Positions 31,679 to 39,736 of a stretch of 64,000 nt of DNA are shown here, in pieces. Numbering within the stretch: the stretch's first letter is position 1; each line of letters opens with the position of its first letter. The notes below the pieces were generated by a model, which was not told where the DNA came from, searched no databases, and saw only the letters and a program-made list of their open reading frames with translations. Both the position numbers and the translations under genes were made by a program. This DNA is from an uncultured Verrucomicrobiae bacterium (GTDB taxonomy: Bacteria > Verrucomicrobiota > Verrucomicrobiia > Chthoniobacterales > Chthoniobacteraceae): the NCBI GenBank assembly GCA_963828525.1, contig CAWHEP010000005.1, positions 64,001 to 128,000 of the forward strand, read 5' to 3'.

Positions 31679-32476
31679 ATGACAATCAGATATCTATCCC
31701 TTGGGCTCTTTCTGGTGTCGCTGCTTCTCCTCTGCGACGAAAGGGCAGTTGCGCAGACCGTCTCAATTCCGACATCCGGCCAGGGCTCCAGCATCAACGC
31801 GCTTGTGCTCGCGCAAATTGAGTCCATGCCTCGCGGCGGTTCGTATGCGACCACTCGCGCCGCGACGAATCGCCTCCAATCTTCCGTGCGCTTCGAGTCG
31901 GACAATTTCATTGTCCTGCCGGGCGAAGCTTCGCCAAGCTACTGCTCAGGGGCGACCTATCTTGTATTTCTTAAGACGATCGCGGCGCTCCGCGACAGCG
32001 GTTCATTGCGCCTGAGCGCGGGCATCTTGGGCGAACTCCTGATCCGCGGCCAGGCGGATGGACAGGGCGTCTGGGGACGCTGGAACGCAAACGGCCCTGG
32101 CACCGCCCGCCTCTTCTATGAACTCGGCCTCGGGCGTAATTTCTCCTCTTTCAATGAAGCGTTACCGGGCGATTTTATGAAGATTTTCTGGACGCCGGAA
32201 GTAGGCAGCGCTGAACATGGCCACTCGGTTGTTTTTCTCGGAACCGAAACGAAAGAGGGGGCTGAGTACGTTCGTTTTTGGTCGAGCAATAAGCCACTGG
32301 GATATGGAGAAAAGAGCGTTCCTCTTTCGAAGATCAGCCGCGTTATATTCTCCCGCCTGGAAGCGCCCGCGAATCTCTCCCGGGTTGAGCAGGCGCCGAA
32401 GATCGATCCTTATCTTTTCAGCCTGCAAAGGCGGCGTTCCAGCTTTGACGAGGCTCGCGCCAAATGCGGTTTTTGA
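31679..32476 (+). CDS. Exported hypothetical protein with NlpC/P60-like Cys-His arrangement
   Basis: Signal peptide; SYCSG, PGDFMKIFW and GHSVVFLG. Confidence 0.6.
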   Translation: MTIRYLSLGLFLVSLLLLCDERAVAQTVSIPTSGQGSSINALVLAQIESMPRGGSYATTRAATNRLQSSVRFESDNFIVLPGEASPSYCSGATYLVFLKTIAALRDSGSLRLSAGILGELLIRGQADGQGVWGRWNANGPGTARLFYELGLGRNFSSFNEALPGDFMKIFWTPEVGSAEHGHSVVFLGTETKEGAEYVRFWSSNKPLGYGEKSVPLSKISRVIFSRLEAPANLSRVEQAPKIDPYLFSLQRRRSSFDEARAKCGF

Positions 32477-32492
32477 CGTTTAGGATCAACCC

Positions 32493-33508
32493 ATGAGCAA
32501 ACAGAAGCTGAAGTGGGGCATCCTGGGTACGGGAGTCATCGCTCGGGAACTCGCGAATGGGATTGCGGAAGCTCCAGCAGCACTCTTTTAGCCGTCGGCA
32601 GCCGGCACGAAGCGACTGCCCTCGCCTTCGGCGCTGAATTCAATGTGCCGCGTTGCTGCTCGTCCTACGAGGATGTCATCTCTGATCCGGAGGTGGAGAT
32701 CATCTACGTGTCTACTCCCCATCCCATGCACGCCGAGTGGGCCATCCGGGCGGCGGAGGCTGGTAAACACGTCCTTGTCGAGAAGCCGATCGGGATGAAC
32801 GAGTCCGAAGCCGCGGCGATGATCGATGCCGCCAGGCGTCACGATGTGTTTCTGATGGAGGCCTTCATGTACCGCTGCCATCCGCAGACTAAGGAAATCG
32901 CGAGAATCATTCGGGAAGGTGAACTGGGGCGTGTGAAGCTAATCCAAGCCACATTCACCTTTGACGCCAAGGTAGGACCACAGAGCCGTTTGCTTGCTCC
33001 CTCTCTTGGAGGTGGCGCGATTCTCGATATCGGTTGCTACACCGCTTCCATGTCGCGATGGATTGCCGGAGCCGCCACCGGGAAAGTCTTCGAAGATCCC
33101 CTGGAGGTAAAAGGTTGTGGCCGCGTCGGGCAAACAGGCGTCGATGAATGGGCGATAGCCTCTCTAAAGTTCCCGGGTGATATCGTCGCGCAGCTTTGCG
33201 CGGGCGTGCAACTCGAAGGTGGCGACACGTCAAGCCACGTCCGCGTATTCGGTTCCGACGCAATCCTTACCGTCCCAACACCGTGGGTGCCCTCCAAACG
33301 AGGTGGACCATCGCGTCTTTCATTCAAGAAGCACTCCGAGGAGCAGCAGCGTGAAATCGTCATCGAATCTCCTTTTCGGCTCTACGCATGCGAGGTTGAG
33401 ACTGTGGCCGCTCACATTAGTAACAGGCAGGCGCCGGAGATGACATGGGCTGATAGCGTCGGTAACATCCGGGTACTGGATCGCTGGCGAAAGGAAGTCG
33501 GACTATAA
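32493..33508 (+). CDS. Gfo/Idh/MocA family oxidoreductase (frameshift near the N-terminus)
   Basis: MSKQKLKWGILGTGVIA from ATG 32493, then STPHPMH, KHVLVEKP, EAFMYR and GGGAILDIGCY. Confidence 0.9.
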
Positions 33509-33517
33509 GACTCGCGC

Positions 33518-33548
33518 AAAAAAAAAGCGCAATCATCTCTGATTGCGC
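33518..33548 (-). terminator. Intrinsic terminator oriented for a minus-strand transcript
   Basis: Perfect 9-bp stem GCGCAATCA/TGATTGCGC with a 4-nt loop, followed on the minus strand by T9 (A9 at 33518-33526). Confidence 0.8.
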
Positions 33549-33611
33549 ATTACGAGGGCCTGGCGGAACAACGTAAAAGTTTAGTGGCTTAATCTGATTC
33601 CCGGCTCGCGG
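33518..33611 (-). ncRNA. Candidate sigma54-dependent small RNA (~93 nt)
   Basis: Bounded by a -24/-12 promoter (33622-33637) and an intrinsic terminator; no credible ORF between them. Confidence 0.55.
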
Positions 33612-33621
33612 ATAATACTTA

Positions 33622-33637
33622 AGCATTCGCCGTGCCA
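33622..33637 (-). promoter_or_regulatory. sigma54 (-24/-12) promoter
   Basis: Minus strand TGGCACG-GCGA-ATGCT versus consensus TGGCACG-N4-TTGCW: one mismatch, correct GG/GC spacing. Confidence 0.65.
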
Positions 33638-33775
33638 GCAAGCCGCGCAAGCCTTGCTATCAATGCGGAAAGGTCGCGACCCCGAAAATATCAAATGACC
33701 TGCGCCTCATCCTGATCCATAGTATCCGAACTCCCCCTGGCATGCTGTTGGGCGAATAGAACCTTCTCGCGGACA

Positions 33776-34222
33776 ATGGAAAGCTCCTTCGGAAACATCG
33801 AAATCCTCCTGGTGGAGGATAATCCCGGGGATGTCGATCTCACGCGAGAGGCGCTCAAGGATGCGGGTGTAAGCAACCGCTTGAATGTCGCGAGGGACGG
33901 GATTGAGGCTCTCGAGTTTCTGCGGCGCACCGGCCGGTTCAAAACTGCCCCTCGCCCGGACATGATCTTGCTCGATCTGAATATGCCTCGGAAAAACGGC
34001 CGCGAGGTGCTGGCGGAGATCAAAGCCGACCCACTTTTTAGGTGTATACCCGTCGTCATACTCACGACTTCCGATGCCGAGCAGGATGTCATGCGGGTGT
34101 ACAATCTGCATGCGAACTGCTACGTCACCAAACCAGTCGATCTCGAGCGATTCATGAAGGTCGTGCGCTCGATTGAGGATTTCTGGATGACGGTGGTTAC
34201 GCTCCCTCCGAAGTCGCAATGA
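33776..34222 (+). CDS. Single-domain response regulator (Rcp1-like)
   Basis: [26 protein letters not shown] and ANCYVTKP. Confidence 0.9.
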   Translation: MESSFGNIEILLVEDNPGDVDLTREALKDAGVSNRLNVARDGIEALEFLRRTGRFKTAPRPDMILLDLNMPRKNGREVLAEIKADPLFRCIPVVILTTSDAEQDVMRVYNLHANCYVTKPVDLERFMKVVRSIEDFWMTVVTLPPKSQ

Positions 34223-36247
34223 AAGAAGCCGCGATCCGCGTTCTTCTTATAGAAGACAACCCGGGTGACGCCTTCCTGATCGAGCAGGGGTTTGCGGAGG
34301 CCCAGGATGTTTCCCTGGAGTTGATTTGGGTCCCGACACTGGCCGCCGGCTTGGAACGACTGCAAGACGAGCGCTTCGATGTGGTGCTGCTGGATCTCAC
34401 GCTTAGTGACGGTTCGGGACTGGATACATTCTCTCAGCTCTACGCGAAAGTTCATGAAGTCCCGATCATCGTTCTCAGCGGTCTGGCGAGCGAAGTTCTC
34501 GCCATCAAAACAGTGCATGATGGAGCGCAGGACTATCTGGTCAAAGGCCAGGTCGATAGTCGATCCCTCGTTCGTTCCATCCGGTATGCGATCGGCAGGG
34601 CGCGCGTCGAAAAGGAACTTGGCAGTGAAAGGGAACGACTGCGCGCCCTTTTACAGACGACGCCTGATCTTATCTGTTTCAAGGATGAGAAGGGCAGATT
34701 CGTCCAGATTAACCAAGCTCTCGCGGACTTTCTGGGTTTGGAAAATCCGGACGCCGCCGTGGGAAAAACGGATTTTAATTTCTACAGTCCCGAGAATGCT
34801 CAGGCGACTCTGCGCGATGAGGAGAATGTGATGAAGAGCGGAGAAGGCCTCCGCGCGCGTGTGGAGCGCGAGTCACTGAGCGATGGCCGCACTGCGTGGG
34901 TGTTAAGCACCAAACTCCCGCTTAGGAACAAGCACGGGAGGATTGTGGGCACATTTGGTATTTCACGCGATATTACGGAATCGAAACTCGCCGAGGAGGC
35001 CCTCCGCGCCAGCGAAGAACGAAACAAGGTGCTGCTTGGTTCCGTGACGGACTACATCTATACGGTCTATTTCGAGGACGGCCACCAATCCCACACCCAC
35101 CATGGCGAGGGCTGCCTCGCCGTCACGGGCTATTCTCCGGAGGACTACGCCTCCTCCCCTGATCTTTGGCTCAACATGGTGCATGAGGAAGACCGCGCCG
35201 CCGTGGTTGATCATCTCTCAACGATGCTCCTCGGTGGCAACACCCAGGGGCTCGAACACCGCATCGTGCATAAGGATGGTTCGACTCGCTGGGTCAGGCT
35301 CACGCTGGTTCCCCGCGTGGACAGCATGGGTAATGTGACCTCATACGATGGCATTATCGCTGACATCACGGAGCGCAAACGAGCGCGGCAGAAGCTCGAG
35401 GAGACGAACGCGCGATTACAGCAAGTCCTCGCTGATCTCATGCGCTCTCACGAGGAACTAAAGCGCACCCAAATGCTCCTGGCTCGTGCCGAGCGGATGC
35501 AATCTGTCGGCCGCCTCGCTTCCGGCATAGCGCACGAAATCAAGAATCCCTTGGCAACTCTTGAAATGGGCATTGGCTGGATGGGAGAGCAGGGGTGGTC
35601 GTCGGAAGGCAAGACGCCGACTTGTTCTCCGTGAAATGAACGAAGCGATCGAGCGGGCCAATAAAGTGATCGCCGCCCTTTCTGCTTCCTCCTCCGCGAA
35701 TGTCGCTGATCTTGCTCCCGCAGACATTAACGAGGTCGTCGAACGCGCGCTCGCTTTAGTGGCGGGGGAGATTAGCGACCGATCAATCACTTTGAAGAAG
35801 GTGCTCGCTCCCGCCCTGCCGGAGTGCCGGGTTGATCCCGACGATATCACGCGCGTACTTGTGAATGTTCTCCTGAATGCCTGTCAGGCGATGCCCCACG
35901 GCGGAGGGTTAAAAGTGTCAACGGCAACCGGGCGCGTGAAGGCGGGCGAGGTGGCTTTCGTAGCGGGAGATCGCTCCGGCGCTGGAGTCCGCGTCTGTGG
36001 CGATGTTGTGCAAGTTTCTGTGGAAGATTCCGGTCACGGTGTTCCAGCGGATAAGATGGATATGGTCTTCGACCCGTTTTTTACTACACAACCCGCTGGA
36101 AAAGGGATTGGCCTCGGGTTGACCGTTAGCCAGAAGATCATGGAACGGCATGGCGGCCGGATCACGCTTGCTAACGTTGCCGGAGGCGGGGCGCGGGCCG
36201 AGTTGATATTCCATGCTGAGGAACCCGTTCCGGCCGCAACCGCGTGA
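34219..36247 (+). CDS. Cytoplasmic hybrid histidine kinase REC-PAS-PAS-HisKA-HATPase (frameshift near 35620)
   Basis: REC (LLIEDN, LLDL), two PAS/PAC domains, IAHEIKNPL, then [21 protein letters not shown] and GLGL in the next frame. ATGA overlap with the regulator. Confidence 0.88.
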
Positions 36248-36254
36248 GAGGGAG

Positions 36255-36327
36255 GGTGGTCGACGGGACTCGAACCCGCAACAGCCAGAACCACAATCTG
36301 GAGCTCTACCATTGAGCTACGACCACC
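36255..36327 (-). tRNA. tRNA-His: tRNA-His (GTG); G-1 encoded, CCA not encoded
   Basis: GGTGGTCGTAGCTCAATGGTAGAGCTCCAGATT-GTG-GTTCTGGCTGTTGCGGGTTCGAGTCCCGTCGACCACC; cloverleaf with the G-1:C73 identity pair. Confidence 0.96.
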
Positions 36328-36385
36328 GAATGGCAGGGTGAAAGGTAGCAAATTCCAGAGGGAAGCCAAACGCTAAACGTCCCGA

Positions 36386-38365
36386 ATGATTTTCCTTCAG
36401 CCATTTCTCCTCTGGGCGCTCCCGGCCGCTCTGTTGCCCCTCGTTATACACCTGCTGAACAGGATGCGTTACCACTCCGTCGATTGGGCGGCGATGAGTT
36501 TCCTGTTATCGGCGAATCGTGCCTCCACGCGTCACGCCAACCTCCGTCAGATACTCATCCTTGCCTGCCGTGTAATCGCTGTCGCTGCGTTCGTTTTGAT
36601 GATGGCCCGCCCCCTGACTGGCGGATGGCTTGGCTGGATGCTCTCGCCGGCTCCCGAGACGGTATTGATACTGCTGGATCGCTCCGCCAGCACGGAAACG
36701 ACGGATCCGGGAGCCACCACTTCGAGGCGGCAGAACGCATTAAAGCTGCTGGCTGAAGCCGGGAAGGATCTTGCGAGCACCCGATTTGTGCTCTTCGAAA
36801 GCGTGTTCCGCAAACCGCAAGAGATTGGGACGCTGCGGCTTCTTCCAGACTTATCCGCCACGGCGGGCACTGATACAGCCTCAGACATGCCCGGCTTGGT
36901 TGACGCAGCCGTCGATTGGCTCTCCCGCAATAAGAGCGGTCGCGCCGAACTTTGGATCGTTTCTGATCTCCAGCGCTCAGATTGGGAGCCCGGCAGCGAG
37001 CGGTGGCCCGCGTTAGGCGCGCGACTGCAAGCCATGCCACAAGGCGCCCGCGTCCGGATTTTGAGTATAGGCAAGGCCCCGGCGCCGAACAGTTCGATCT
37101 CAATCCGCCGCGTCGGCAAGACAAAAGACGCAGCGGGGTCTCAGGTGAATATCGACTTCGATATAAGGCGCGACGAAACAGCGCCCGCTTCCTTGCCGGT
37201 GACATTTACTGTTGATGGAACTCGCTCGGTTCATGACTTCGCCATGGAGGGGCAAAGCGGTCGATTTCACCATGCGGTGCCGGCTGCGTCGGAAACGGGT
37301 TGGGGAAAAATTGAACTCCCGGCTGATGCTAACTGGCGGGATAACAGCGCCTACTTTGTATATGGTCCCCGGCCATTTCTGCGGTCGGCTTTGGTCAGTT
37401 CCGATGAAGAGAGCGCCCGCTTCCTGAGGCTTGCGGCCGCCCCTTCATCTGGGTTGCGGGAAGAGTGCGATCTTGTCGATGGCACCAAAGCGGAGTGGGA
37501 CAAATACGCTCTGGTGATGTGGCAGGCGCCCTTGCCCGTGGGGAGGGTGGCGGCCTCTCTGGTGGCCTTCGCTCGCGCCGGGGGCTTGGTTCTATTCTTT
37601 CCGCCCGGCGTGGAAGACGACGCATCCTTTGCCGGCGTCAGGCGGAATAATATCCAGACGGCGGGAACTGGTGGGCTTTTCAAACCAGCCCGGTGGAATG
37701 AACAGCAGGGACCATTTGCGAAGACCCAGGAAGGGGTGAGCATTCCTCTTTCAGACTTGCTTGTGTCGCGAAGGCAACCTGCGGTGGGCGAGATGAACGC
37801 GTGGGCCAGCTTCTCAGACGCAATCCCGCTTTTGTCGCGCAGTCCTTTGGGCAAAGGGCAGTTGCTTTTCTGCGCCACGCTGCCGAAAGCGGACTGGTCG
37901 AATCTCGGTGAAGGCCGCGTGCTGGTTCCCATGCTACAGCGGCTGCTTGAGGAAGCAGGGCAACGGTTTGCTCCCGCCCTCTCGGAGCAACCCGGTGACT
38001 CCGGCTTGATGGGGGACCTTGCCGCTTGGACACCCGCCGATTCAAGTCTTCGTAAAGACCCACGTCTCGACGCCGGAGTTTACCGAAACGGGGAAAGGTC
38101 GGTGGCTGTTAATTGCCCCGTGTCAGAGGATGAAGAGGAACGCCTCCAGCCTTCTGCTGTCACGAAGCTGTTTGCGCCTGCCAGCGCGCAACTGTTTCAG
38201 GCGCCGAAAGGCGAATCAGGCAAGCTGCAAGGTGAGGTGTGGCGCTTAGCGCTGGTCCTGATGCTCGGACTGCTCCTTGTCGAGGGGTGGCTTACCCTGC
38301 CTGGGAAAACGCTTCCGAACCCCGCAAAGAAAAACCCCGTTCGCGTCGCGAACGGGGTTTTCTGA
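36386..38365 (+). CDS. BatA-domain / vWA-like membrane protein
   Basis: MIFLQP.LLW...LP..IHLLNR..WAAM.FL N-terminus; LLDRSAS MIDAS-like motif; C-terminal EVWR...LLVEGWL TM segment. Confidence 0.82.
   Translation: MIFLQPFLLWALPAALLPLVIHLLNRMRYHSVDWAAMSFLLSANRASTRHANLRQILILACRVIAVAAFVLMMARPLTGGWLGWMLSPAPETVLILLDRSASTETTDPGATTSRRQNALKLLAEAGKDLASTRFVLFESVFRKPQEIGTLRLLPDLSATAGTDTASDMPGLVDAAVDWLSRNKSGRAELWIVSDLQRSDWEPGSERWPALGARLQAMPQGARVRILSIGKAPAPNSSISIRRVGKTKDAAGSQVNIDFDIRRDETAPASLPVTFTVDGTRSVHDFAMEGQSGRFHHAVPAASETGWGKIELPADANWRDNSAYFVYGPRPFLRSALVSSDEESARFLRLAAAPSSGLREECDLVDGTKAEWDKYALVMWQAPLPVGRVAASLVAFARAGGLVLFFPPGVEDDASFAGVRRNNIQTAGTGGLFKPARWNEQQGPFAKTQEGVSIPLSDLLVSRRQPAVGEMNAWASFSDAIPLLSRSPLGKGQLLFCATLPKADWSNLGEGRVLVPMLQRLLEEAGQRFAPALSEQPGDSGLMGDLAAWTPADSSLRKDPRLDAGVYRNGERSVAVNCPVSEDEEERLQPSAVTKLFAPASAQLFQAPKGESGKLQGEVWRLALVLMLGLLLVEGWLTLPGKTLPNPAKKNPVRVANGVF
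38331..38361. terminator. Bidirectional intrinsic terminator between convergent batA-like and pilin genes
   Basis: AAAACCCCGTTCGCG-T-CGCGAACGGGGTTTT, a near-perfect palindrome. Confidence 0.8.
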
Positions 38366-38384
38366 AGAAAGCTCTCTACGCAGC

Positions 38385-39149
38385 TTATTTCGGGTTTACG
38401 GTGATGTTGCTTGTTCCGAGCCAGTTACTCGCCTTCCCTGAGTTATCGAAAAGATCGATAGCGGCGGCGCCGGCCGTAGCGGGAGGCGCTCCCAGCACCT
38501 GTGAGGTCGAACTATTGGTGGCAGCAGCCCCAGCAGCAGTCGGAGTGCATTTCTCTACATTACCGCTAATGTCGACCCGAATAACCACGGCCCGGGTGCC
38601 AGTCCACACACCGCCTTCGACGGTTGGATCTGCGATATAGTTGTGAGTTCCTTGTGACGGATCACCATTGAACGCGTCAGCAATGAGAGGGAACTGCGAA
38701 TTCGATGTATCGGTCAGCCCCGTCACATAAGCCCAGTGATTTTCGCCCTTTGCGAGGGTGTTCACGGGCGTGTCGGGGAGGGGATTGTCAATAACGTTAT
38801 CAGGAGGCGCCGCGTTGCACTCTTTCGACTTCGCCAGCCAGAAAATGGCTTCATTCGTCAAGTACTGCGGGAACAACTGCGCAAATGCCGTATTTGAATC
38901 CTTTACCGCAGTGGTTGTGGGCGCTCCATTACTGAGCGTGTAGGACGGAAATACGCCGTTGTTGTCACCCGCGTACACCTTGAGCGCCAAACCGATTTGC
39001 TTGGCGTTCGAGAGTGCCTTTGTTTGCGCTCCTCTTACTTGAACCTGGCTGAACACAGGTAGCGCGATACCCGCCAGGATGGCGATGATCGAGATTACAA
39101 CCAGCAGCTCGATGAGCGTGAAGGCTGCGAATTTTTTGTGGATTATCAT
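38385..39149 (-). CDS. Type IV pilin / type II secretion pseudopilin-like protein
   Basis: A|FTLIELLVVISIIAILAGIALP; SNAKQIGLAL..YA.D. Confidence 0.88.
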   Translation of the reverse strand: MIIHKKFAAFTLIELLVVISIIAILAGIALPVFSQVQVRGAQTKALSNAKQIGLALKVYAGDNNGVFPSYTLSNGAPTTTAVKDSNTAFAQLFPQYLTNEAIFWLAKSKECNAAPPDNVIDNPLPDTPVNTLAKGENHWAYVTGLTDTSNSQFPLIADAFNGDPSQGTHNYIADPTVEGGVWTGTRAVVIRVDISGNVEKCTPTAAGAAATNSSTSQVLGAPPATAGAAAIDLFDNSGKASNWLGTSNITVNPK

Positions 39150-39195
39150 TACTTTTTAGTTCTTTCAACGTTCGATGTGGGAGAAACGGCTCCTA

Positions 39196-39224
39196 AATGT
39201 AACGCCGCGCGCGCCGGGCTGCAA
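39196..39224 (-). promoter_or_regulatory. sigma70-type promoter for the pilin gene
   Basis: Minus strand TTGCAG-N17-TACATT. Confidence 0.45.
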
Positions 39225-39336
39225 GAAATATTCAGCCCGAAAACCATTTTTGGAGTTCCTCCTACAGTGCGCTGATTCAATGTCCTCAAGAGCCAGCCTC
39301 CGCGCTCTCCATAGCTCCCAGTGCCTGTGCTCTGAA

Positions 39337-39519
39337 CTACGTTTTCTTCTCCGGCAGTTTCTTTCTTTTAGTTGCAGCGATTTCCTCAAGCTGCTTCTCG
39401 CTCATGGAACTCGCCATCTGTTTGGAGGCGCCCTTCAGCGAGGACTTGTTTATTTCGCCTCGTTTCGCCGAAAGCGCCGCGCCTGCGGCCATCTGCTGTT
39501 TTTTTGATTTTGCGGGCAT
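39337..39519 (-). CDS. DUF3008-family small basic protein (60 aa)
   Basis: MPAKSKKQQMAAGAALSAKRG...LKGAS..M..SMSEKQLEE.A.TKRK.LPE matches the family pattern as recalled. Confidence 0.8.
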   Translation of the reverse strand: MPAKSKKQQMAAGAALSAKRGEINKSSLKGASKQMASSMSEKQLEEIAATKRKKLPEKKT

Positions 39520-39736
39520 ATGACATTGCATCGTCGCTCGGGCGGGCGCCGGACTTCGCGCTTGAAGATCCAGGCTGTCGCAACCGTCTGCCAGTTTCCT
39601 GCAATGCCAATCCTTTCTCCCGGTCGCGGTTGCCCTTTGGCCAAAAGAAGTGCAGGATGCAAAAGCGTCCGGATAGATGGGCGGCAACTTCATGCTTATC
39701 TTCATCGTCCTTTGTCAAACGCGCTGCGCGGCCTAG

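Noticed and set aside
36200..36400. tRNA-His as an integration site for an island
   Set aside because: No integrase or transposase and no duplicated tRNA 3' end noticed in the window.
39580..39593. sigma54-like element upstream of DUF3008 (minus strand TGGCAGACGGTTGC)
   Set aside because: GG-GC spacing is one base short, and sigma54 spacing is strict; it could be an indel but cannot be supported.
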